Below, piece by piece: positions 10,735 to 20,611 of a stretch of 64,000 nt of DNA (positions are counted from its first letter, which is position 1; each line of letters opens with the position of its first letter). Made by a program: the position numbers and the translations under genes. Source of the DNA: an uncultured Methylomirabilota bacterium (GTDB taxonomy: Bacteria; Methylomirabilota; Methylomirabilia; Methylomirabilales; 2-02-FULL-66-22); NCBI GenBank assembly GCA_963705305.1, contig OY970067.1:3040001-3104000 (forward strand), read 5' to 3'. Below the pieces are notes generated by a model, which was not told the DNA's origin, made no database searches, and worked only from the letters and a program-made list of their open reading frames with translations.

Positions 10735-10966
10735 GGGATTTCCCTCCGTGTCTGGGTGCTGCCGCACCGTCCGAAAGCCCGTTCCTTGATCTGCGCCCTC
10801 TGAAGGCGTTGGGCGCGCCGCCGGTCTTGCCATCGCCGTATCTCCTGACGCTGGGATCGGTATTCCGACCCCGCGTTCTTTCCATGCCCAAAATAGGAGG
10901 ACAGCCGCGGGGTGCCTAGTAAGGAGATGCGAAAAAAAACACCGGAATTCATCAAGAGGTGTAAGG

Positions 10967-11128
10967 GGGGAGTGCAGTTGGTGTGGGGAGAGCGGCGCCA
11001 AGCTCTTCCCCCCTGAACCTGGGACCGGAAGGCCGGCGATGCTGAGAGCCCGGGGATGTCGCAGCCGCGTGGGAGCTATTGCGGCGGTGCGAGACTCCGA
11101 GTTCGGGTGGGGATTCTGCGGTTTCCCC
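10967..11128 (+). ncRNA. Candidate structured non-coding RNA, family unknown
   Basis: Nested complementary segments with paired termini and several G-U pairs on the + strand. No credible ORF. Confidence 0.35.
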
Positions 11129-11701
11129 GAGGGGCAGTAAAGATCGCGTAAATTCGTTGCGGGAGGAGATGGTCTCTTGAAACAGAACGAACCGGGAGTG
11201 AGTACGGTAAGAATGCATGCCTGTCACGTTGGGAGGGGATCGGCGGGAGGGATGAGGCAGGGAAACAGCCGGCCACTCGGTAAGACGTGCTGGCCTGGCT
11301 CCAGCCGACCGCCGGCCTCTCCTCCCGCCGATCCCCGATGGGGGCCCTCCGACAGCCTCATAGTGCACGGAAAGCAGCCACGCTCCGTCGCGGCCATCCC
11401 GGCCGCGGCGAAGGAGCTGTCAGTCGCGGGTCGAACCCGCCTCGCCCTGCGCCGGCAACGCTAGCTACCCGGTCCAGGGCGGCCCCGGCACGCTTCGGAG
11501 GTTAGGCCCAGCTCACAGCCCAGGATTGATCCGGGCAGAACCAGGCGGCCGTTTATCCTCCGGCGAGAGTGCGCAAGTGGGTGCGCAGGTGAGGATGCGC
11601 GTGGACCGGCCGCCGTGCAGGCGCTTGTGCCCCGGGTCACAGTTCGTGGCCGATGGTACCATCCGACACCGGGCCCGGAAGCTGGCGAGGAGGAGGCTGG
11701 T

Positions 11702-12394
11702 ATGGGGACGATCCAGTGGTTTCGTTGCCGGCTCTGTCACGGCGAGGTCCTTGGGCCGGTTCCACCCTCGGGATCCCGGGATCGGCCAGTTGGGACTCCT
11801 CTCCTGGTGTGCTGCGGGCGGCCGCTCCGGCCGCTGCCCGCGGAAGAGGTCGTGATGGTGGCGTGGCCCCCGCGCCGACTGGCCAGATGCCCCGCCTGCG
11901 GGATAACCTTTCGGATCATCGTACAGCCCACCGGGGCCATGGTCTGCGGGCCCTGCCGGTCTCCCCTGCAAGGCGAGGAAGAGATGGGGATCCCGGAGAG
12001 CCGGGCGAATGGGATCGGTGACTCCCGCAGGCGCCCACCGAGCACGGATACCCATGGTCAGCCCTTCGCTGCCGAGACCATCGAGATGGTGTGGCAGAAA
12101 GGCCTTCAGGTGATCGGCCAGCTGCCGGAGTTCCGCAAGCACTTCCGGCTCAACGTCTGTGGAAAGCTGATCGCCCGGGCCGACTACGGAAGGGCAACCT
12201 CCCTTGGATGGGAAATCGATCATATCAAGCCGGTGGTGGCAGGCGGAACGGACGATCTCGCCAACCTCCAACCGCTCTACTGGCGGACCAATCGGAGCAA
12301 AGGGGATGCCCATCCCTGGGAGCACACCGAGGGGGTTCGCCGGCAGCAGACGGAAAAACTTGAACCGTCACTTGACCGGGGCAAGATCCCCTGA
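11702..12394 (+). CDS. Cys-rich metal-binding domain fused to an HNH endonuclease domain
   Basis: Strong GAGGAGGAGG before ATG 11702. N-terminus has CRLC..CCG..CPAC..CGPC. C-terminus has GWEIDHIKPVVAGGTDDLANLQPLYWRTNRSKGD (HNH). Confidence 0.8.
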   Translation: MGTIQWFRCRLCHGEVLGPVPPSGSRDRPVGTPLLVCCGRPLRPLPAEEVVMVAWPPRRLARCPACGITFRIIVQPTGAMVCGPCRSPLQGEEEMGIPESRANGIGDSRRRPPSTDTHGQPFAAETIEMVWQKGLQVIGQLPEFRKHFRLNVCGKLIARADYGRATSLGWEIDHIKPVVAGGTDDLANLQPLYWRTNRSKGDAHPWEHTEGVRRQQTEKLEPSLDRGKIP

Positions 12395-12441
12395 GGCTCC
12401 CGGCCGCCCTTGCACATCGCTGCCCTGACGGACCGGCAGCG

Positions 12442-13961
12442 CCCTAATCTCCGGCTAAGAAGTTGAGGGGGATCGCGAATCACGCAGCGGCCCGCAGTGC
12501 GCGCGGCCCGCGGGGTTGGCATCGGCCTTGCTTGGTTTCACCCAGTGGGTGCAAACACCACAAGGAGGAGAGCGATGCCCGACACCTCGCCCCGGTTGCC
12601 GTTCGAGATCGATGACGCGATCGACCCCACGCTGGTCACGGGCCGGGCCGGGGTCCCGCTCGTGATCGAGCTGTTCCGCCAGCTCGGGGTGGCCCAGGCC
12701 GTCGACACCCACGTTGCGGTCAAGCAGCGGCAGCGCGGATTACCCCCCTCGCAGCTCGTGGAGAGTCTCGTCGCGTTGTGGACGAGCGGCGGGGACCGCT
12801 GCCAGGACCTCACGACGCTCCGGGAGGATCAGGCCCTGGCCACGCTGCTCGGCTACCCCCTGCCGGCCGCGACCACGGTCCGGGACTTCCTCGAGGCCTT
12901 CCACGTGGAGGACGGGCCGCTCTGGGTGGCCGGGCCCGCGGCCACGGTCCCCCTGGAGTCCGCCCCCTTGGCGGGCCTCGGACAGGCGAACCGGACGCTG
13001 GTCGCGGGCGTCCAGCGCGGGGCCCGGGCGGCGACGGCCACCCTGGATGTGGACGCGACGCTCGTCGAGAGCCACAAGGACGCGGCGACCGTGGCCTACG
13101 ACGGGACCCGGGGCTACCAGCCCGTCGTGGTCCTCTGGGCCGAGCACGATGTCATCGTGCACGACCAGTTCCGCGATGGCCAGGTGCCCGCCGGGTGCGG
13201 CAACGTGCGCGTCCTCGAACAGGCGGTGGCCAACTTGCCCCAGGGCGTGGACCGCATCTCCCTGCGGGCCGACAGCGCCCTCTACGAGACGGAGGTCCTC
13301 CGCTGGTGCGAGGAGAAGAAAATCGCCTACGCGATTAGCGCCGATATGTCCGCGCAGCTCCAGGCCGAGATCCGGCGCCTCCCCGCGGCCGCCTGGCAGC
13401 TCGAGCGGGAGGAGCCCGAGGCGATCCGGGCCTGGGCCGAAGTCCCCTACGTCCCCGAGGATGGCGATCACCGGAAGGCGCGGCCGTGCGTTCGCCGCTA
13501 CCTCGCGGTGCGTATCCAGCGACGCCAGGGGAGCCTCTTCGCCGACGGGAGTAGCGTGCAGTACTTCGCCGTGGTCACCAATCGGCCGGAGGATGGGCTC
13601 ACGATCCTCCGGTGGCACCGGGAGAAAGCAGGGACCATCGAGCACACCCATCACGTCCTCAAGACCGAGCTGGCGGCCGCCGCGCTGCCCAGTGGGAAGT
13701 TCGGGGCGAACGCCGCCTGGTTCCGGCTGAACGTGCTCACCTACAACCTGCTCACCGCGCTCAAGCGGTTGACCTTACCCGGAGATCTCCGGACCGCCCG
13801 GCCGAAGCGTCTCCGGTTCCTGCTGTTCAACACCGTCGGGAAGGTCGTCGCGCATGCCCGACGGACGCTCTTGCGGCTCTCGGGCGCCCTGCAGCACGCC
13901 TTGCTCGTCCGGGCGCGGCGCAAGATCGCCCGGCTGGCCACCGCTTAGCCGGAGATTAGGG
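12442..13961 (+). mobile_element. IS1380-family insertion sequence, 1520 bp, complete
   Basis: Perfect 18-bp terminal inverted repeats CCCTAATCTCCGGCTAAG (12442-12459 and 13944-13961). 5-bp target duplication CAGCG at 12437-12441 and 13962-13966. Confidence 0.92.
12575..13948 (+). CDS. IS1380-family DDE transposase
   Basis: LDVDAT, GYQP, LRADSA, E in GTIEHTHHVLK, LPSGKFGANAAW. AGGAGG before ATG 12575. Confidence 0.9.
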   Translation: MPDTSPRLPFEIDDAIDPTLVTGRAGVPLVIELFRQLGVAQAVDTHVAVKQRQRGLPPSQLVESLVALWTSGGDRCQDLTTLREDQALATLLGYPLPAATTVRDFLEAFHVEDGPLWVAGPAATVPLESAPLAGLGQANRTLVAGVQRGARAATATLDVDATLVESHKDAATVAYDGTRGYQPVVVLWAEHDVIVHDQFRDGQVPAGCGNVRVLEQAVANLPQGVDRISLRADSALYETEVLRWCEEKKIAYAISADMSAQLQAEIRRLPAAAWQLEREEPEAIRAWAEVPYVPEDGDHRKARPCVRRYLAVRIQRRQGSLFADGSSVQYFAVVTNRPEDGLTILRWHREKAGTIEHTHHVLKTELAAAALPSGKFGANAAWFRLNVLTYNLLTALKRLTLPGDLRTARPKRLRFLLFNTVGKVVAHARRTLLRLSGALQHALLVRARRKIARLATA

Positions 13962-14220
13962 CAGCGTACGACGCCTTGTCCTGCGGCCCTAACTGCGCTA
14001 CCCTAAGTCGTTTGTAATCCTCTTGCCGGACCCCGGGGAGGGACGGTCCGGCGCCAGAAGTCTCCACCTTGTCCTGCGCCAAAGATCCTTCGGGCGAAGG
14101 ACACACGTACGCTTTCTGAAGCGCAGCTTCAGGATTCACGGCATGAAGGGCCAAGGCGAGTCCTCCCGTGTGCAACTGATGAAAGAACACAGTTCCGTCT
14201 CCGGAGGAAGGGCGGGCGTT

Positions 14221-15582
14221 ATGAGGCCAAGGCCGGACCCTAGAAATGGGCGATATCGTTCCCATGATCTCGTTGTCGCCGCCCCATGCCTCCTCCTCGC
14301 AGCGGGTGCGCTCCTTTTGGGGGCCTGCTCCGAGCGAAGCGCCAGCGGCAAGGTTCTCGCGAGTGCCCCGGGGGGAGTGCCGGTGATGGTGGCCACGGTG
14401 GCGCAAAAACCCGTCCCGATCCAGATCCGCGCCGTCGGCACCGTGCAGGCCATCTCCTCCGTAGTGGTTATGAGCCAGGTGGATGGCCAAGTCCGCCAGG
14501 TGCACTTCGAGGAGGGGCAGAGCGTCCGAACGGGCGACATCCTGTTCACGCTGGATACGGCCCCCTTCGAGGCCACGCTGCGACAGGCCAAGGCCACGCT
14601 GGCGCGCGACGAGGCGCAGCTCCTCCAGGCTCAGGCTGCGCTCTTGCAGAGTCGCGCCGGCGAGAAGCAAGCCGAGGCGAACCGAGCGCGAGATACAGCC
14701 CAGCTGGAGAACGCCAACGCCCAGGACCGCCGCTACAAGTCGCTGATTGATGAGGGGGCGATCTCGTCGGAGCAGTACGATACCGTTCACACGGCTGCCG
14801 CCGCCTTGCTGGCGACGGTGGAGGCCGACCGGGCCGCGGTGGCCAATGCCCAGGCGGCGATCCAGGCCGCCCAGGCGACCGTGGAAAATGCCAAGGCGAC
14901 CATCCAGGCGGACCAGGCGGTCGTGGACAATGCCCAGATCCAGCTCGGCTACGCAGTGATCCACGCCCCCATGGACGGCCGGACCGGGAACCTGATGGTG
15001 CACCCCGGCAGCACGGTCAAGGCGCGGGACACCGCCAGCGCCATGGTCACGATCAACCAGATCCGTCCCATCTACGTGGCATTCGCCGTTCCCCAGAAAT
15101 ATCTGGATGATGTCAAAAAGTATATGGCGCAGGGGACGTTGAGGGTGGAGACTGCCCTGCCGGCGCATGAGGCAGATCCGGTCCAGGGCACCCTGTCGTT
15201 CGTGAACAACACGGTGGACCCGGCCACCGCCAGCATCCAGCTCAAGGCCACCTTTCCCAACGCGGACAGCCAGCTCTGGCCGGGGGAGTTCCTGACCGTG
15301 GTGCTCACCCTCACGACTGAGCCGAACGCAGTGGTGGTTCCCTCCCAGGCCATCCAGACCGGACAGCAGGGCCCGTTTGTCTTCGTGATCAAGCCCGATC
15401 TCACGGTCGATGTTCGCGGCGTAGAGGTGGAGCGCACCGTCGGCGCGGATGCGGTCGTCCGGGCCGGACTGGCGCCGGGCGAGCGGGTGGTCACGGACGG
15501 GCAGGTGCGTCTCGTCCCCGGTTCGCGCGTGGAAATCCGCACGACCCCGACGGCGGCTCCGGGGCCGGGGGCAGCGGGATGA
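14221..15582 (+). CDS. RND efflux periplasmic adaptor (MFP), probable lipoprotein
   Basis: LLGAC lipobox, SQVDGQV..EGQSVRTGDILF, long coiled-coil hairpin, APMDGRTG, LWPGEF. Start uncertain (14179 or 14221). Confidence 0.9.
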   Translation: MRPRPDPRNGRYRSHDLVVAAPCLLLAAGALLLGACSERSASGKVLASAPGGVPVMVATVAQKPVPIQIRAVGTVQAISSVVVMSQVDGQVRQVHFEEGQSVRTGDILFTLDTAPFEATLRQAKATLARDEAQLLQAQAALLQSRAGEKQAEANRARDTAQLENANAQDRRYKSLIDEGAISSEQYDTVHTAAAALLATVEADRAAVANAQAAIQAAQATVENAKATIQADQAVVDNAQIQLGYAVIHAPMDGRTGNLMVHPGSTVKARDTASAMVTINQIRPIYVAFAVPQKYLDDVKKYMAQGTLRVETALPAHEADPVQGTLSFVNNTVDPATASIQLKATFPNADSQLWPGEFLTVVLTLTTEPNAVVVPSQAIQTGQQGPFVFVIKPDLTVDVRGVEVERTVGADAVVRAGLAPGERVVTDGQVRLVPGSRVEIRTTPTAAPGPGAAG

Positions 15583-18500
15583 GGATCGATCTCTTCATCC
15601 GCCGCCCGATCATGACCACGCTGGCCATGGCGGGTATCCTCTGCTTCGGCTTCATGGCCTACCGGCTCTTGCCCGTGAGCGACCTGCCCAACGTGGACTT
15701 TCCGACGATCCTCGTTTCGGCGAGCCTCCCAGGGGCCAGCCCCGAGACCATGGCGTCGGCCGTGGCCACGCCGCTGGAGAAGCAGTTCTCGACCATCGCT
15801 GGCATCGACTCCATGACCTCCAGCAGCGCCATGGGGCTGACGCAGGTCACGCTGCAGTTCTCCCTGGAACGGAACATCGATGCCGCCGCCCAGGATGTGC
15901 AGGCCGCCATCGCCACGGCGGGGAAGAATCTGCCCCCCGACATGCCCACGCCGCCCTCCTACCAGAAAGTGAACCCGGCCGACCAGCCCATCTTCTACCT
16001 GGCCCTGACCTCGCCGACCCTGCCCCTCTACCAGGTGGACGAGTACGCAGAGACCCTCATGGGCCAGCGGATCTCCATGATCAGCGGGGTGGCGCAGGTC
16101 CAGGTGTACGGATCGCAGCAGTACGCCGTCCGCGTCCAGGTGGACCCCACGGCCCTGGCCGCACGGGGCATCGGGATCGACGAGGTCCAGCAGGCCGTCG
16201 CCCAGCAGAACGTGAATCAGCCCACGGGCACCCTGGAGGGGCCGCACCGGGCCTTCACGGTCCAGGCGACAGGGCAATTGATGAACGCCGCGGCCTTCCG
16301 CCCGCTCATCGTGACCTACCGGGGGGGTGCTCCGGTGCGCCTGGAGGAGCTGGGCCAGGTCCTCGACAGCGTCCAGAACGACCAGGTGGCAAGCTGGTAC
16401 AACAACCGGCGGGCCATCGTGTTGGCCATTCAGCGGCAGCCCGGCACCAACACCATCGAGGTGGTGAACGCCATTAAGGCGCTGCTCCCCGCGCTGCAGG
16501 CGCAGATCCCGCCGTCCGTGAACGTCCACGTGCTGTATGATCGCTCGGTATCGATCCGCGAATCGGTCCAGGACGTGCAATTCACTCTGATGCTGACGAT
16601 CTGCCTGGTCGTCCTGGTGATCTTTCTCTTTCTGCGCAATCTGTCGGCGACGATCATCCCCAGCCTGGCGGTGCCGATGTCCATCGTCGGCACCTTCGGG
16701 GTGATGTACCTGCTGGGATACACGATCGACAACCTGTCACTGATGGCGCTCACCCTCTCGGTCGGCTTCGTGGTGGACGACGCCATCGTCATGCTCGAGA
16801 ACATCGTACGCCACATGGAGGCCGGGAAGAGCCGGCTGCAGGCCTCCCTCGACGGGGCCAAGGAGATCGGCTTTACCATCCTGTCCATGACGCTCTCCTT
16901 GGCGGCCGTCTTCCTCCCGGTGCTGTTCATGGGGGGGGTGGTGGGACGACTGCTGCACGAGTTTGCCGTCACCATCGGGGCCGCCGTGCTGGTGTCCGGC
17001 GTCATCTCGTTGACCCTCACCCCCATGGCCTGCAGCCGCTTCCTGCGGCCGCCGACCGAATCGCACGGGCGACTGTACGTCCGCTCGGAGCGGGTGTTCG
17101 ACGGGATGCGGGATCTGTATGCGCGGACCCTGCGCCGGGTCATGGCGCACCCGCGGAGCACCGTGGCGGTCCTGCTCGTCACCGTCGGGCTCACCGGGTA
17201 CTTGTTCCTGGTCATCCCCAAGGGGTTCATTCCCAACGAGGACACGGGGCAGATCTTCGCCTTCACGGAGGCCTCCCAGGACGTCTCGTTCGACGCCATG
17301 CTGGAGCACCAGCAGGAGGCGGCGGCCATCGTCGCGCGGAACCCCGCGGTCAACAACTTCATGTCCTCCATCGGGGCGGGGGGATCCAGCCTGGTGCCGA
17401 ACATGGGGCGGATGATGATCCGGCTCAAGCCGCGCAACGAGCGGCCGGACGTGAACCAGGTCATCGCGGAGCTCCGGCCGCAACTGGCCACGGTGCCCGG
17501 TCTCAAGGTTTACCCCCAGGTCGTCCCCAGCATCCGGATCGGCGGCCACCTGACCGAAGCCCTGTACCAGTACTCGCTGCAGGATGGGGACTTGAACGAG
17601 CTGTACCACTGGGCCCCCATCCTGTTCGACAAGATCGGCAGGCTGCCGGGCTTCCAGGACGTCAACACCGATCTCCAGCTCACCAGCCCCCAGGCCATCG
17701 TCGAGATCGACCGGGACCAGGCCACCGCCCTGGGAGTCACCGCCGGCCAGATCGAAAGCGCCCTGGGGGACGCCTACGGCTCGCAGCAGGTCTCTACCAT
17801 CTACACTCCCACCAACCAGTACTGGGTCATCCTGGAGCTCCTGCCGCGGTACCAGCAAAGCCCCTCGGCCCTCCCCCTGCTATACGTCCGATCGTCCACG
17901 GGGCAGCTCGTCTCCCTGGATGCGGTCACTCGCCTGAGCCAGGGGGTCGGACCCCTCTCGGTCAATCATGTGGGCCAGCTTCCCTCCGTCACCATCTCCT
18001 TCAACCTCGCACCCGGCGTGTCCCTAGGACAGGCGGTGGCGGATATCCAGAAGCTCCAGCGCGAGCTGAACCTGCCGGCCACCCTGAGCGCCAGCTTCCA
18101 GGGCACGGCCCAGGCCTTCCAGGCGTCCCTGCAGGGACTGGGGTTGTTGGTGCTGGCGGCCATCCTGGTGATCTATCTTGTCCTGGGAATGCTCTACGAG
18201 AGCTTCATCCACCCGCTGACCATTCTCTCGGGCCTCCCCTCGGCCGGGGTGGGGGCGCTCTTGACGCTGCTCCTCTTCCGCGAAGAGCTGAACATCTACG
18301 GATTCGTCGGCATCATCATGCTGATCGGCATCGTAAAGAAGAACGCCATCATGATGATCGACTTCGCCCTGGAAGCGCAGCGGGCCGGGAAGACTCCCGG
18401 CGAGGCCATCTACGAGGGGTGCTTAATCCGCTTCCGCCCCATCATGATGACGACCATGGCGGCCCTGATGGGCACGCTGCCCATTGCCCTGGGGGTGGGG

Positions 18501-18749
18501 GCGGGGGCCGACGCACGGCGCCCGCTGGGGCTGGCCGTGGTCGGCGGCCTCCTGCTCTCCCAGCTCCTAACGCTCTACATCACGCCGGTGGTGTACCTGT
18601 ACATGGACTCGGCCCAGGCCTCGCTGGCGCCGGCATGGCAGCGCGTGCAGCGCCGCCTCCGCCGCCGGCCACCCGTCGCCGTCCCCGAATCCCAGCTGGC
18701 CGGCGGGCCCGTGCCGGCTGTCAAGCAGAGTCACATCCCCGAAATCTGA
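15579..18749 (+). CDS. RND efflux permease, AcrB/MdtB/MdtC family
   Basis: FIRRPI, GFVVDDAIVMLENI, GIVKKNAIMMIDF, RFRPIMMTT. 1056 aa. Confidence 0.96.
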   Translation: MRIDLFIRRPIMTTLAMAGILCFGFMAYRLLPVSDLPNVDFPTILVSASLPGASPETMASAVATPLEKQFSTIAGIDSMTSSSAMGLTQVTLQFSLERNIDAAAQDVQAAIATAGKNLPPDMPTPPSYQKVNPADQPIFYLALTSPTLPLYQVDEYAETLMGQRISMISGVAQVQVYGSQQYAVRVQVDPTALAARGIGIDEVQQAVAQQNVNQPTGTLEGPHRAFTVQATGQLMNAAAFRPLIVTYRGGAPVRLEELGQVLDSVQNDQVASWYNNRRAIVLAIQRQPGTNTIEVVNAIKALLPALQAQIPPSVNVHVLYDRSVSIRESVQDVQFTLMLTICLVVLVIFLFLRNLSATIIPSLAVPMSIVGTFGVMYLLGYTIDNLSLMALTLSVGFVVDDAIVMLENIVRHMEAGKSRLQASLDGAKEIGFTILSMTLSLAAVFLPVLFMGGVVGRLLHEFAVTIGAAVLVSGVISLTLTPMACSRFLRPPTESHGRLYVRSERVFDGMRDLYARTLRRVMAHPRSTVAVLLVTVGLTGYLFLVIPKGFIPNEDTGQIFAFTEASQDVSFDAMLEHQQEAAAIVARNPAVNNFMSSIGAGGSSLVPNMGRMMIRLKPRNERPDVNQVIAELRPQLATVPGLKVYPQVVPSIRIGGHLTEALYQYSLQDGDLNELYHWAPILFDKIGRLPGFQDVNTDLQLTSPQAIVEIDRDQATALGVTAGQIESALGDAYGSQQVSTIYTPTNQYWVILELLPRYQQSPSALPLLYVRSSTGQLVSLDAVTRLSQGVGPLSVNHVGQLPSVTISFNLAPGVSLGQAVADIQKLQRELNLPATLSASFQGTAQAFQASLQGLGLLVLAAILVIYLVLGMLYESFIHPLTILSGLPSAGVGALLTLLLFREELNIYGFVGIIMLIGIVKKNAIMMIDFALEAQRAGKTPGEAIYEGCLIRFRPIMMTTMAALMGTLPIALGVGAGADARRPLGLAVVGGLLLSQLLTLYITPVVYLYMDSAQASLAPAWQRVQRRLRRRPPVAVPESQLAGGPVPAVKQSHIPEI

Positions 18750-18807
18750 CGCATGGCTGCGGGCGGCGGGGCGGCGGCTGCGTCCTGTCCCGCTTTGGAA
18801 AGGTCTT

Positions 18808-18910
18808 ACCGCCAAGTCGCCAAGATGGCTCTTTCCATTTCGAACTTCGAACTTCGAAATTCGATTTTCCCCGTGGCGCCATGGCGGTTCAACAGTTTCT
18901 TCGGTTCAGG
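18808..18910. repeat. Intergenic ~105-bp repeat, copy 1 (imperfect palindrome with TTCGAAC/A heptamers)
   Basis: Aligns by eye end to end with 21401-21511. Confidence 0.85.
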
Positions 18911-18911
18911 T

Positions 18912-19685
18912 CTATTCCGACATCACCCACTTGAGGTAGGCCAGGGCGCGGGAGAGCTCCTCATCGCGGGGCTCGTCCGCCTCGTATTCGAATGTAATCC
19001 AGCCGTCGTAGCCCGCCCCTCGCAGCGCCGTCAGGATCCGCGCGTAGTCCACCTCTTCTTCGGAGCCGTCCTCCGCCACCCTGCGGAACTTGGCGTGTAC
19101 GTGGGCGGCGATTTCCAGCACCTGCTCCAGCGAGCTCCAGCCGTCCACGAAGTTGCCGGTATCCACCAACGGCACCAGGTGGGGGGACTTGACCTCGTCC
19201 AGAATCTGCAGGAATGGAGGGGCGGTGGGTGTGAAAGCCCCATGGTTGTGATTCTCCAGCCCCAGTCGCACCCCGGCGTGCCGTGCGAAGGTGGCGACCT
19301 CGCGCAGGGAGTCGATCATGGCGGGCCAGCGCGCCTGACGGTCGCCCTCGGGGTATCCGGCGAAGACCCGCACCAGCGGCGCCCCCAGCTGCTCGGCCAC
19401 CTCCACCCACTGCTTGACCTTGACCACCTCGCTCTGCCGGAGAGTGGGGTCGGAGCGGCCGAAATCGTTGTGGACCCCGACGGCCACGAGCTGCAGGTTG
19501 AGGTCGCGTGCGGTGTGGCGCAGCATTTGAAGGTAGGACGGTCGGGTCTGCGGGAAATGGATGTCCTGGAGCTCCACCCCCTGGACCTTCAAGTCTGCGG
19601 CGCAGCGCGCCAGGAATTGCAGCTGGTCCATCGCCCCGAATTCGAAGGCCCGGTTGAAGCTTCCACAGATGCAGCTGAGTTTCAT
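18912..19685 (-). CDS. Sugar phosphate isomerase/epimerase (xylose-isomerase-like TIM barrel)
   Basis: GVEL, LGAPLVRVFAG, LGLENHNH, DTGNF, HVHAK, GYDGWITFEYE. Start MKLSC at 19685 overlaps the upstream stop. Confidence 0.88.
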   Translation of the reverse strand: MKLSCICGSFNRAFEFGAMDQLQFLARCAADLKVQGVELQDIHFPQTRPSYLQMLRHTARDLNLQLVAVGVHNDFGRSDPTLRQSEVVKVKQWVEVAEQLGAPLVRVFAGYPEGDRQARWPAMIDSLREVATFARHAGVRLGLENHNHGAFTPTAPPFLQILDEVKSPHLVPLVDTGNFVDGWSSLEQVLEIAAHVHAKFRRVAEDGSEEEVDYARILTALRGAGYDGWITFEYEADEPRDEELSRALAYLKWVMSE

Positions 19686-20611
19686 GGGATGGATCCTTTC
19701 GGCGCCGCCGCCCCGCGCAAGGTCCGAAGTACCTCGGCGTGCAGGGAACGGTTGGCGCTGCAAACAAGGCGGTACACGGCGTGGATGTCCGGGCGGAACC
19801 GCACAGGCGAGCCGTCCCAGTGGCTCACCACGCAGCCCGCACGCTCGGCGATGAAGAGGGCGGAAAAGACTTCGGTCAGGGCCTCGCTCCAGGCCAGGTA
19901 GACATCGATGCGGCCGGCGGCCACGTCGGCAAATCCAGCCGGTCCGCCGTTGGGCAGGATGCACTTGGCGTGCTGGAGGAGCGGACGGAGGAGCCTGGCC
20001 GTGGGGTAGAGAAACGACGGCTTCATCATATAGGCTTCCAGGTACGCACCCGCCACGCGCCGCGTGCGGGCCGGCCGCAGCGGGGCCCCGCGGGTCCGGC
20101 CGGCGGCCAGACGAGCCGTGCCGGCTCTGTCCGCCAGGATGGTCTCGCCCGTCACGTGGTCGATCAGGCCGGCCGCTCGCGGCTCGCCGCCCCGTCCGTA
20201 TATTCCCAGGGCGGTGAACCAGTGGGCCCGGATGCCGCGCCGGTAGAGGAGGCTCCCGTCGAACGGATCCAGGATAACGAAGACGGGATCATCGCGCAGC
20301 GGCGAGCCCGAGCCGCCGCCCGTCAGCGGAACCGATCCGGCTTCCTCGGAGAGGAGGGTTCCGCGAACCCCGGCGTGTCGAAGCGCAGCCACCACGGCGC
20401 GCTCGGCTGCCGTATCCACACCGATGACCTCCGGATCCCAGGGGCGATAGCCGGGGGAGCGTCCGGCGACCACCCTCCGTCCGCGCCCTACAGCCAGCCG
20501 ATTCACCGTCCCGTGGGCGGCCCGCAGGGCATCCAGGACGGCTGCCCCCCACGGCCGGAACGATCCATGGGTACGGCCCACCTCGGCGTCAGTGGCACTC
20601 TTTTCCTTCAC
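19682..20611 (-). CDS. Inositol monophosphatase/FBPase superfamily protein (divergent)
   Basis: D..AE, LSEE, ILDPFDGS, GRIDVY, AERAGCVVS. Start uncertain. Confidence 0.8.
   Translation of the reverse strand: MKEKSATDAEVGRTHGSFRPWGAAVLDALRAAHGTVNRLAVGRGRRVVAGRSPGYRPWDPEVIGVDTAAERAVVAALRHAGVRGTLLSEEAGSVPLTGGGSGSPLRDDPVFVILDPFDGSLLYRRGIRAHWFTALGIYGRGGEPRAAGLIDHVTGETILADRAGTARLAAGRTRGAPLRPARTRRVAGAYLEAYMMKPSFLYPTARLLRPLLQHAKCILPNGGPAGFADVAAGRIDVYLAWSEALTEVFSALFIAERAGCVVSHWDGSPVRFRPDIHAVYRLVCSANRSLHAEVLRTLRGAAAPKGSIP

Noticed and set aside
10990..11003. 11-mer CGGCGCCAAGC shared with the 47740 hairpin
   Set aside because: Too short and GC-rich, and it lies in different structural contexts, so chance cannot be excluded.
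11020..11040. CCGGAAGG resembling SRP RNA domain IV
   Set aside because: Lacks the flanking TCAGG and AAGCAGC.
10200..11200. c-di-AMP (ydaO) riboswitch expected upstream of kdp
   Set aside because: Fragments such as GCAGAATCC and CCCGAAC occur, but not in the order and spacing of the ydaO consensus.
14221..18749. RND pair lacking an outer-membrane factor
   Set aside because: Common arrangement, since the outer-membrane channel is often encoded elsewhere.
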